A DNA stretch of 64,000 nucleotides from Myxococcales bacterium (GTDB taxonomy: Bacteria > Myxococcota_A > Polyangia > Fen-1088), in the NCBI GenBank assembly GCA_022184915.1, contig JAGTJU010000004.1, positions 416,057-480,056 of the forward strand. The letters run 5' to 3'. Shown in pieces: positions 37,473 to 46,505 of the stretch. Within the stretch, counting starts at the first letter, position 1. Each line of letters begins with the position of its first letter. Under the pieces are notes generated by a model that saw nothing but the letters and a program-made list of their open reading frames with translations, was not told the origin of the DNA and did no database searches. Both the position numbers and the translations under genes were made by a program.

Positions 37473-38215
37473 TAGCGTCGTGTTCTTTCAGCGCTGAATG
37501 CATCCAGGTGAAGCGGAGAGTCACGCCGTGCGACGGCTTCGTCAGCATGAACTGCCACCATGAAAGCTGCGTTTGTTCTTTCGATCCGATGGCCCCGAAG
37601 GATGCGGCTACTTCCTTCTCGTTTCAAGCTGACGAAGCCTGTGCGTCCGGTGAGGTTGCTGAGCGCCTGTTTCGTCGTTGGTGTCTATCAGGAAGCGAAA
37701 AAGGAAGGTGGCCTTCACGTCAGGGGGCGGCTTCGTGGAAACTCCGAGGAGGAAGCGCTTCGGCCACATCACACGGCCATCGTGGAGGCCGCGCTTGGCG
37801 ACGGCCGGCTAAGAACCCTTGAGCAGCATGTGAAGCCGCTCGGCAAGAAGGTGCAGAGCCCCATCATCTATTGGCGTTCGGCGAAGATCCCACCTTGGAC
37901 GTTTCCCGAGACGATTCGTGACAACGCCGACCGCCGCACGCCCGCCATGGTCACCGAGGAAGTGGAGGTGCTCGTGACGGGAAGCATTTGGGCATACCGG
38001 CCGCGGGCGAAGTAGGGGGCGTGGTCCTCCTCGCGATGAGACCGCTAGACTTGACCTAATCCTTAAAGCCAATCTGCCGGTAGATCAAATCCGGACCGGC
38101 CTTTGCGAGGTAAGAACCGTGGGCGGTACAACGGTGTCATTGGAATGGCATCCACGCCGCAGCGGCCCCGAGTAGAGTCGAAGAGGTTCGCTTTGCCGAG
38201 TTCCCATCTCTTCCT

Positions 38216-40309
38216 ATGGTCACCATGCCCCCATCCCCCGCTTGGTTCTCCAGCACCCGCGCCACCTTCGTCGGCGCCGCCACTGAATCCGTGGTCGCCC
38301 AGCTCGCCTCGGGCGCCACGCGCGAAGGCTGGCTCGTAGAGCCCGAGCAGCACGACGAGTGGACCTCCAGCGTTGAAGCCCTCAAGCACGAGCTTGCGGC
38401 CGACGCCTGGCCCGCCGAGGGCCAGCAGGGTGGGGCGGCAAAGGCCGAGACCGTCGACACGCTGAGGGCGGCGTTGGCCCAAGCCGGCCTCGAGAGCTTT
38501 CGCCATGTGATTCTCGAGTACAACATGCGGCGCCGCGGTCTGCGTGTGGATTGCGTGCTGCTGGGGGAGGGCATCATCGCCGTGATCGAGTTCAAGCGCA
38601 GCCGCCCCAGCGCCGCCGATCGCGACCAGGTGATGAACTACGCTGTGAACCTGTGCGAGTTCCACGCCGAGACCCAGCGCGCGCTGGACCAAGGCGCCAT
38701 CCTGGTGCCCATCGTCGTGGCCACCCAGCAAGACACGCCGCTGCGCCTCGGCCAAGCGTTTCACGCCGCCCCGTGGAGCCGGGTGCTACAAGCGCCCCTC
38801 GAGGGCAGCGCCCGTGACCTTGCCCAAGCCTTGCGCCACGCCCTCGCGCTGCGGCCCAGTTCGGCCACCCCCGTGACCATCGACCGCGACACCTGGCTCG
38901 CTGCAAAGTTCTCGCCCTCATCAACCATCCTCGACGCCGCCATCTCGCTCTACGGCGCCCACGATGTTTCCGCCATCTCCGAACACGCCGCCCCCATCGA
39001 GGTGCTGGAGGCCTGTGCTACCGAAGCCATGGCCCAGATCGAAGACGCCCTGCAAACCGGCCAGCGGCGCATCGTGTTCGTCTCGGGCGCGCCCGGCGCA
39101 GGCAAGACCCTTGTGGGGCTCAAGCTGGCCTTCAGCGCCCAGCTTCGCGAGCAGTCTGTGTTCGTCACCGGCAACGCCCCCCTCGTCGATGTGCTTTGCC
39201 ACGCCCTGCAGGGCTCGTACAAGCGGGCCTCGCGTCGCGCTGGCATCAGCGGCTATGCCAAGGAGCAGGCCCGGCACGTGCTGGGCAACGCCACCTTCAA
39301 GATCGTCAAAGCCCACAACTACCTGGGCGACCGCGGCCGTCACCTCGACACCGCCCAAGAGCGCGTGGTCATCTTCGACGAAGCCCAGCGCACCTACGAG
39401 AAGGGCCGCACCGTGCTTCGTCAGCGCCTGGCCAACCACGAAGCCGACCTGATCCTCGAAAGCCTGGAACAATCGTTTCCTGGCGGCACCGTCGTGGTCG
39501 CCTTGCTGGGACACAACCAAGCCATCAACAGCGGCGAACGTGGCGCCGTGGCCTGGTTGGAAGCCGCCGCCCGTCGCCACTGGCAGTTCGCCATAGGCGA
39601 AGAAACTCTGGCCCTCACCGAACTGGCCTCCCACAGCCACCACGGAACCCATGCCCTTCGGCGCTCCTTGCAGCGCGGGCACCTGGCCCATTCTCTGCGC
39701 TACTACCGCAACGCCAGCGTCGAGAGGTGGGCCCACGCCGTGCTCGAAAACCAACCCACCACCGCCCGCAAGATTGCCGCCGAGCTCGATGCCCATGGCC
39801 ACACCGTGTATCTGACCCGCTCGCTGGCCCACGCCAAACGATGGGCCCAAGAACGGCGTGTGGGCGCCGAACGCGCCGGCGTCATCGCCTCGGCCCAGGG
39901 CCGGCGCCTATCCGCCGTGGGCATCCACGTGCAGTACAAGCCCGACATCTCCGACTGGATGCTCACACCCAGTGGCGACGTGCGGTCCTCGAACATGCTC
40001 GAGACCGCCCAGAACCAGTACCAGATCCAGGGGTTGGAACTGGACCACACCATCGTTTGCTGGGACCTGGACCTCCGCCGCAGCCCCCAGGGCTGGCAAG
40101 CGTTCAAGATGCAAGGCACCACCTGGAAATGCGACAAAGCCCAAGACATCGCCCGCAACGGCTACCTGGTGCTGCTGACCCGCGCCCGCAAGGGCATGAT
40201 CCTGGTTGTACCCGAAGGCGACGAGGGCGATCCCACGAGACCGCCCGGGGCGTACGGCGAGCTGGCGGCCTACCTGCGGGCTTGCGGGGCGGAGGAGGGC
40301 GGGCCATAG
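38216..40309 (+). CDS. NERD/PD-(D/E)xK nuclease-like N-domain fused to DUF2075-type SF1-helicase-like P-loop ATPase
   Basis: 697 aa. N-terminal FRHVILEYNM...RVDCVLLGEGIIAVIEFK (D...ExK). Walker A VSGAPGAGKT. Walker B VIFDEAQR. C-terminal GYLVLLTRARKGMILV (helicase motif VI-like). Confidence 0.7.
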   Translation: MVTMPPSPAWFSSTRATFVGAATESVVAQLASGATREGWLVEPEQHDEWTSSVEALKHELAADAWPAEGQQGGAAKAETVDTLRAALAQAGLESFRHVILEYNMRRRGLRVDCVLLGEGIIAVIEFKRSRPSAADRDQVMNYAVNLCEFHAETQRALDQGAILVPIVVATQQDTPLRLGQAFHAAPWSRVLQAPLEGSARDLAQALRHALALRPSSATPVTIDRDTWLAAKFSPSSTILDAAISLYGAHDVSAISEHAAPIEVLEACATEAMAQIEDALQTGQRRIVFVSGAPGAGKTLVGLKLAFSAQLREQSVFVTGNAPLVDVLCHALQGSYKRASRRAGISGYAKEQARHVLGNATFKIVKAHNYLGDRGRHLDTAQERVVIFDEAQRTYEKGRTVLRQRLANHEADLILESLEQSFPGGTVVVALLGHNQAINSGERGAVAWLEAAARRHWQFAIGEETLALTELASHSHHGTHALRRSLQRGHLAHSLRYYRNASVERWAHAVLENQPTTARKIAAELDAHGHTVYLTRSLAHAKRWAQERRVGAERAGVIASAQGRRLSAVGIHVQYKPDISDWMLTPSGDVRSSNMLETAQNQYQIQGLELDHTIVCWDLDLRRSPQGWQAFKMQGTTWKCDKAQDIARNGYLVLLTRARKGMILVVPEGDEGDPTRPPGAYGELAAYLRACGAEEGGP

Positions 40310-40583
40310 GCCCGTGCCGACGTCATCCCCAGTTGCCGCCGTCGATCGAGGACGGCGCGGCGTGATGGTTCTGGGCGGGAGACCTTCGGGTGCGATCACC
40401 AGCAACTTCCAGGCGACCCCAGCCGATATACTGGGTAAAGAAGGACCATGGCTGACGCCCTCGAGACATTCAACGCGCCCCCCGCCGGTGCCAAAGTTCC
40501 GACGGCGCGAGAGCTACGGGCTGCTGCAGCTCGAATGTACATGGAGCCGAGGAGCCATCGTGTACAGCTGATGAACCACATAG

Positions 40584-41390
40584 GTGAGCCCCTCGGAATT
40601 CCAGCGGGGGGCTGGATTAGTGGGGATTAGTGGTCAATCCCGCTTGATGCAGAACGGGGATGTGCGTGTGGTTTGGTTGCTGCGCCAGCTGTCCCGGTCT
40701 TCGACGGCGGAGGCAGCGTCCAGAAACCTCGCGCGGGCTGTGCAATTCGTAAACGCTGAGGTTATGTTAACCCTGATCACAGCCTCACGTGAATCGAGTT
40801 CGTCGATAGCCGCGACGTCTGACGAGCCAGTCAATACTTTCGCTCAAGGTGGCCTCGACTTTCTTGGGGGGGAGTATCACAGCCTAGGCCTTCCGCGCTC
40901 CGTCACAGCTTCCTGGGAATCACGGGCGCGCATACGAAATGCCGAGTCCGGGAACTTCATACAGCCCGCGAATATTCCGGCGAAGGATCAGGTGCTCGCG
41001 TACGCGGCGCAGATGAACGCCTCGTTCGACAGGAACTTTCTCAAATTCTTGAGAGCGATCTTGGGCGCTGCCGCGGGCGACGCTGTGACCAAGACGTCAC
41101 GCGCTGCCCTTCTGGTTTGGAAAGCTTTCGCGTTTCTTTCCCCTGCCGGAAAAGCATATGACCCCAAAAAAGGTCTCGACTCGCAGCTTAACATGCGGTT
41201 CGGAATCAGGACCTGCCTGGAGTACCTTCATGCGAAGGTGGATCAAGCTCTGCCTCTAGACCTCCTCCTTTCGCATCAGCCCTTGAACCGCAGCGAAAGG
41301 ATCCAGATCGCGAAGGCAAGAGTCGCGGAAGCTCTCTTCTTGGAGCGCGCACTTTCCACGACGCGCGACCTTCTGGAGCCATCCGTTTGA
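40584..41390 (+). CDS. hypothetical protein (lower-GC insert)
   Basis: 268-aa ORF. GC clearly below the neighbourhood. No family recognised. The start may be an internal Met. Confidence 0.35.
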   Translation: MSPSEFQRGAGLVGISGQSRLMQNGDVRVVWLLRQLSRSSTAEAASRNLARAVQFVNAEVMLTLITASRESSSSIAATSDEPVNTFAQGGLDFLGGEYHSLGLPRSVTASWESRARIRNAESGNFIQPANIPAKDQVLAYAAQMNASFDRNFLKFLRAILGAAAGDAVTKTSRAALLVWKAFAFLSPAGKAYDPKKGLDSQLNMRFGIRTCLEYLHAKVDQALPLDLLLSHQPLNRSERIQIAKARVAEALFLERALSTTRDLLEPSV

Positions 41391-41399
41391 GGGCGTAGC

Positions 41400-42386
41400 A
41401 TGATCGCTCGAATCGTGTGTGTGGCAACCCTCTTGGCGATCTCAGCCGCCCCGCGCAAGCCAGACGGGAACTGGGAAAGACTATTCGAGTTGCCAGAAGG
41501 CCAAGCTTGGCTCGAAACCGTTTGGGCGGACGGAAAATATGGCTGGGTGGCGGGAGGACGGGACGTCATCATTTTCAACCGCGCAAAAGAAACGGACGAG
41601 GTGAGCGTTTCTGCTATCCCAGGGCTTGCCGTCACCGCTCTCGGCGCCACATCGAGAGGCGTTTATGGAGTGGGATCTCACGGTGCTATCTGGAGGATTG
41701 ACCGCGACCGGGCGCACCTAGAGCATCAGGAGCGGCCCACCGAAAAGAGGAGGTTGCGAGACCCTGACCAGCTCCTTCAGGTGGGTGACGCGGTCGTCGC
41801 AGGTAAGGCGGGCGTGCTTGCCGTGGGTACGCGTGCTCTCTTCAGCTCGAGGCTTGGCGAGTGGGCGGCTGTCGCTGGCCCCACAGGCGGGCAGCTGGTA
41901 GAGGATCGGCTGTTCGGCCATTGGTTCTCCCGCCCCAAGGGGTGCGACTCCATCACGTGGCTCGTGTCCGCACGTTCTCACCGCGAGGGCGTGCTGGTTT
42001 GTGGGGACCGGCGGGTCTTTGGGGTAAGGGATCAGGATGTGAAGCCGCTTCCACCTCTTCCAAAGGGATGCGCAGAGGTCTGGCATGCCGCAGGCGGCGC
42101 CACATGGGGTACGACCATTCTGTGTGGCGGTAAAGGCTTGGTCTGGAAGCAAGATGGTCCTGCGGCTTGGTCGCAGGTGCCCGCGCCTGCGAACCTCGAC
42201 AATATCGCGGCCACCGAAAGCTGCATCTTCGCGGTGTCCAGAAGAAGCTTGTGGCGGCGCTGTGAGGTAAAGGTGTCGGCGGCGCCAGAGTCTGGGCCTG
42301 AAAGTCCCGTCGTTCAGCCTCCCAAGCTGGCGGCGCCAGAGCCACGTCCCACCCGCGATGCGCGCGGATGTTCCACTCGCCTCTAG
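41400..42386 (+). CDS. hypothetical secreted protein (signal peptide; possible beta-propeller)
   Basis: 328-aa ORF 10 nt after the previous gene. N-terminal MIARIVCVATLLAISAAP signal. Gly/Trp-rich repeats. Confidence 0.4.
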   Translation: MIARIVCVATLLAISAAPRKPDGNWERLFELPEGQAWLETVWADGKYGWVAGGRDVIIFNRAKETDEVSVSAIPGLAVTALGATSRGVYGVGSHGAIWRIDRDRAHLEHQERPTEKRRLRDPDQLLQVGDAVVAGKAGVLAVGTRALFSSRLGEWAAVAGPTGGQLVEDRLFGHWFSRPKGCDSITWLVSARSHREGVLVCGDRRVFGVRDQDVKPLPPLPKGCAEVWHAAGGATWGTTILCGGKGLVWKQDGPAAWSQVPAPANLDNIAATESCIFAVSRRSLWRRCEVKVSAAPESGPESPVVQPPKLAAPEPRPTRDARGCSTRL

Positions 42387-42903
42387 CAACGATGGGTCCT
42401 TGACCCGATGCCCCTTCAGCCAGATGCCGTGTCGGCGGTGCCCTTGCGAGTGCCGCTGCCATGAAGAAGGCCCCCGTCTACGCCTTGGTCTTAGATGTCT
42501 TCATCGATGCTAAGAACGCCTACTACGCGTTCTATATCTGTCCCGACTTCTGGGGCTGGACTGTGGAGGCCCAACAGCACGACCGACTGCGCAGCATCGA
42601 TCGCAGCGAGGCCGAGCTTCACGCAGGCAGCCCAAGAATGACCTCGTCGTGTGGGTAAAGCAGGCAGTCCCTGCTGGCTTCTTTTGCGGTACCCAGGCAA
42701 AGCACATGCTCGAGGCGTACGCAGAGATTTCCCTCTCGGGCCAACGCAGCACGCAGTATCTCGATTGCGCGAAGGCGAGGTTCGCCACCGAGGCCGACGG
42801 GTGGTTCGTCGCGTATTCCTTTAACACGCTTCGGAGCTTGCCGCGAAGCTCGACCTTCGCTCGAAGGGGGCTCTGTCGCACCGCCGTCTATTCAAGCGGC
42901 GGG

Positions 42904-43218
42904 TTATCGGAGGAGGCAACCCTCCGGAAAACAGCTTCGGCGAATACCGGCGTGAGTGCGACCGGGATGGTTGTCGCCAGCGAAGGCGAGGTCCAGGTCG
43001 CGGGTCGCTCGATGTGGCTTGCCCGTCCAGAGCGTGAACAGTGCCGCGCCCTTCAGCACGAACCGCTGCGCGTGCCGCGACGATGCGAGGCGGAACAGCA
43101 GGCGCTCGTTCGCGTAGCGCGTGAGCACGAGCTGAAAGTCCTTGCCCCGCTCCCGGGACAAGCGCGCGAGGCGTGCGCGCACCGACGCGCCGATGTCCTT
43201 GGGTGGGCTCTTCGTCAC
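42904..43218 (-). pseudogene. AbiEii/DUF1814 nucleotidyltransferase toxin, truncated after ~75 homologous residues
   Basis: GTG start overlaps the AbiEi stop (GTGA). KDIGASVRARLARLSRERGKDFQLVLTRYANERLLFRLASS...FVLKGAALFTLW matches the AbiEii N-terminus. Then it diverges and stops. A full-length family member is ~300 aa. Confidence 0.55.
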
Positions 43219-43823
43219 GCGAGCGCCTCGAGGTACGGCCGCATGAACGAATAGATGCGATCGGCGCGGGCGGCTTCGACGAGCGCATCGATGCTGCCCT
43301 TGTGCTTTCGCAGGTAGTCCTTGAGCGCCGCGAGCGCGACCTCGAGCCCGACGTGACGGCGGAAGCGAAAGCAGTCGGCGACGGTTTTCGCGGGGGTCGT
43401 GAGCTGCACCTTTACACCGTCGATGACGCGCGTCTCGACACCATGCTCCAGGGCCTTCTCGCTCGCGCGGACGACCTCGAGCGCCGGTGCGGTGACCTTG
43501 GGCATGCGTGCGTGCCGGTCGATGAGCACCCAGACAGCGTGTGGGACCTCAGTCGTCATGCCGTGGGCCTGCAGCGCACTGAGCAGGCAGATGACCGCGT
43601 GCGGGACGCGCTTGCTCACCTCGGCAAGCGAGCTCTGCTCGGTCACCGGCGCGTCGGCGAGCCGGTAGAGCCCGCGGTCGATCTGCTCGAGCAGGCCGCG
43701 GTCGCAGAGCCGCTTGAGGTAGGCCCGCGGGATGGCGGCGGCGTCGAGGTCCCGAGCGCGCACCGGCCCCTTTCGAGCGAGCCGGAGGAGGGTCGTGGTC
43801 TTGTTCGCGGCGCCGGGTGGCAT
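43215..43823 (-). CDS. AbiEi-family antitoxin/transcriptional regulator (type IV TA)
   Basis: Start chosen at MPPGAANK. N-terminal wHTH TTLLRLARKGPVRARDLDAAAIPRAYLKRLCDRGLLEQIDRGLY plus the AbiEi C-terminal domain. An identical second copy is at 51658..52314. Confidence 0.7.
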   Translation of the reverse strand: MPPGAANKTTTLLRLARKGPVRARDLDAAAIPRAYLKRLCDRGLLEQIDRGLYRLADAPVTEQSSLAEVSKRVPHAVICLLSALQAHGMTTEVPHAVWVLIDRHARMPKVTAPALEVVRASEKALEHGVETRVIDGVKVQLTTPAKTVADCFRFRRHVGLEVALAALKDYLRKHKGSIDALVEAARADRIYSFMRPYLEALA

Positions 43824-44176
43824 GATACGGAACGTCGTTCTCGAATATCGCGGGCAGACGATTCGTATCACACCATGCCGCCGCCTTCAAGCTTTTGCCC
43901 CCGCGCCTGCCCGTAAGGCTGGAATGGGCGGTGCGGCAAGAACCGCTGGAGATCCTTCGTGACCTGAGGCTGGATAGGCGAGGATGGCGAACGATGAGAA
44001 TTGGGCGGCGATATTTGTTGGGTGCTCTGTAAGCCCGTTACGCCCAGCCTGATGGTGAGCGAGGGACCGGACGGGTAGCCTCCATGGGGACGATCTGGGC
44101 GCGGGTCGCGTAGGGTCAGGGGCGACAACTCGGCCCCGAAACGGAGCCGCGAGGCTCGACAGAGGCCCAGGCCGGC

Positions 44177-45901
44177 TCAGCTGGCAGTGCGGGACTGTGC
44201 CGCCCAGGCGTCCGGGGTCAGCTCGCTGAGTCGGCGTACCGGCCAGCCGTTGCGGATCTTTCCGAGTACGTCGATGAGGTACGCGCGAGTGTCGATGCCC
44301 AGGTTCCGGCAGGACAAGATCAGCGTGTACACCGCCGCGAGTCGCTCGCCGCCTTTGACCGATCCAGTGAACAGATAGTTGCGGCGACCAACCGCGGGCC
44401 GCCGGATCTCGCGCTCGGTCTTGCCGTTGTCGATCTCGAAGTGACCATCAGAGAAGCATCGTTCGACGAAGACCTTCTGAGCAATGGCGTAGCGAACCGC
44501 CTTGGCAAACTTCGACGTCTTGCCAACGGCATCGCCGTAGCTCTCGATCTCCTTGTAAAGCTGCTCGAGAATGGGCAAGGACTTTTCGCGTCGGAGACAG
44601 AGGCGTTGGTCTGGCGACATGTCCTGCGCTTTTGCAGAGGCTTCGACCTCGTAGAGCGCCTTGATCAACGCCACTGGCCGCGCAGCACGTTTGTCGTTCA
44701 TCTCGAACGCCTCGTAAAAGCGGCGTCTCACGTGCATCATGCAGCCCAAGCGCCTGTCGTGTGGGATCAGAGGTCCTTCTCCACGTTCGGGATGCTCTAT
44801 GATGGCGCTGTAGCCTTTGTAGTCGTCCACCTGGATGAAGCCCGTCGCCGCGCCGATCCACGGCGCGATCTCCTCGTGGCTCCATGTCTCAGTGAACCGG
44901 AAACCAGTCAGTGGACCTGTGTTCGTGATGCACCAAAGATGCCCGCGCGACTTTTGGTCACCCTTCTTGTTGCCGAGGACCATGAGCCCGGTGTCGTCCA
45001 TCGCGACCACGTGGTCGTCGAGAATCTTTCCGACGGTTGCGTCGGCGATCGCGAGCAGAAGATCCGCAGCGAAGGCCCAGTAACGCAGGAGGGTATCGTA
45101 GGAAACCGGCCAGCCAAGGCGTTTGAAGCGATCGGCCTGCCGATTGATGGGCAGCGCATCTTCACCCTTGCCGTCGAGGAGCGCGGCGAGGAAGGAATTG
45201 CCGACTCGGACATCAGTGTTCATGTTTTCACGAGCAGCGGTAGCGATGTCACCCTGACAAGCTCGGCAGGCAAGTTTTTCCCGGCGCTCGACGTGAACCA
45301 CGAGCTTCTCCGGCACGTGCTCCACCGTCTCGTGCTCCACAGGCGCGATCGGCGTCATGGGCTTGCCACAGCACTTGCACTGCCGCTCCTCCTCCGCAAC
45401 GGGAATCTCCTTCACGATGCGCTCGAGACTGGGCGGCAGTGGCGTTCGTCCCTTGTGCGTTGGCCTTTTTCGCTTACCCTTTGAAGTTCCCTCGGCTCCC
45501 TGGATTTCATCGCAAGCGGGATCTTCGACAGCAGGAAGCTCTGGGTCATTCTTCGCATCTTCGGCGGGTACGCCGAGCGCGAGGCTCAACTGCTCCAAGT
45601 CGTCAGGCGTAAGCTTTTCGCTACGCCGTCCGTACAACAGGCGCACAAGATGTTTGATGTGCACCGCCTTCGTCCGCGCGTCTTCCTCGGCAGCATCACA
45701 TCGGTTTGCCATCTCAGCGTTCTGCTTCGCCATGTCGGCGTTCTGCTTCGCCATATCCATGGCCAAGTCCGCCAACCCAGCAACGTCCTTCGCCTCCGCG
45801 AGCGACTTGATGAATGCGACGAAGTCTCTGTTGGATGCCGTGGACATGAAAGAGGCGGTGGACTGCAAAGCCAGCAGTACCACCGCCGATCGACGTTGCA
45901 A
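44177..45901 (-). CDS. IS66-family transposase TnpC
   Basis: 574 aa. Zn-finger CKCCGK...CRAC, DDE core, typical IS66 TnpC length. Confidence 0.8.
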   Translation of the reverse strand: MQRRSAVVLLALQSTASFMSTASNRDFVAFIKSLAEAKDVAGLADLAMDMAKQNADMAKQNAEMANRCDAAEEDARTKAVHIKHLVRLLYGRRSEKLTPDDLEQLSLALGVPAEDAKNDPELPAVEDPACDEIQGAEGTSKGKRKRPTHKGRTPLPPSLERIVKEIPVAEEERQCKCCGKPMTPIAPVEHETVEHVPEKLVVHVERREKLACRACQGDIATAARENMNTDVRVGNSFLAALLDGKGEDALPINRQADRFKRLGWPVSYDTLLRYWAFAADLLLAIADATVGKILDDHVVAMDDTGLMVLGNKKGDQKSRGHLWCITNTGPLTGFRFTETWSHEEIAPWIGAATGFIQVDDYKGYSAIIEHPERGEGPLIPHDRRLGCMMHVRRRFYEAFEMNDKRAARPVALIKALYEVEASAKAQDMSPDQRLCLRREKSLPILEQLYKEIESYGDAVGKTSKFAKAVRYAIAQKVFVERCFSDGHFEIDNGKTEREIRRPAVGRRNYLFTGSVKGGERLAAVYTLILSCRNLGIDTRAYLIDVLGKIRNGWPVRRLSELTPDAWAAQSRTAS

Positions 45902-45929
45902 GCATTTTCAGCTTGCCTGTGCGCATTCT

Positions 45930-46295
45930 TCAGTCTGTTGTCTTCTTCTCTCTCCGATAGCGCCTCCGCCGCTTGATCTTGTCGGCGTCGACGCCCTCAA
46001 GAAGCATCGCCATCTCGGCGTTGTCGAGCTCGAGGTGACCTCCGGGATCCTCATCGAACACGTCCCGGAATGTTCCCGCTTCGAGGCGCTTCATCACCAG
46101 CCAGTACCCACTGCCGTCCCAAAACAGCATCCTGACCTGCGTGCGTCGCTTGTTGAAAAACGCAAACAGATCGCCGGACATCGATCCCCCCGGATCAAAG
46201 CCCTCCACCATCGCGGCGAGGCCGTCGAAGCTTCGACGCAGGTCCGCAGGCTTCGTGGCGATGAACATCCGCCGCGGCATCTTCGTCAACCACAT
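45930..46295 (-). CDS. IS66-family accessory protein TnpB (Orf2)
   Basis: 121 aa. DLRRSFDGLAAMVEG and LFWDGSGYWLVMKRLE motifs. Confidence 0.75.
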   Translation of the reverse strand: MWLTKMPRRMFIATKPADLRRSFDGLAAMVEGFDPGGSMSGDLFAFFNKRRTQVRMLFWDGSGYWLVMKRLEAGTFRDVFDEDPGGHLELDNAEMAMLLEGVDADKIKRRRRYRREKKTTD

Positions 46296-46505
46296 CGCGA
46301 CAAAGCTCGCAACGCAAGAACGAGGGTGGTTTCGTCGGTTCCCCCATCGACGACCACAGTGAGACCACTGGGGCGGAACGTGTCAACGATTTAGAGACAG
46401 AAGGTTTTGGAAATATGTGTAGCGCCGCTGCAGCACGGCTCTGGCAATCTGCCCACAACCGCACAGCGTCGCTGGTCATGTGAGGACCTACGACCGCTGT
46501 GCACA

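Noticed and set aside
38921-39850. 309-aa minus-strand ORF inside the DUF2075 gene, and its copy at 50732..51331
   Set aside because: Antisense Gly/Ala-rich translation of a gene with clear Walker motifs on the plus strand.
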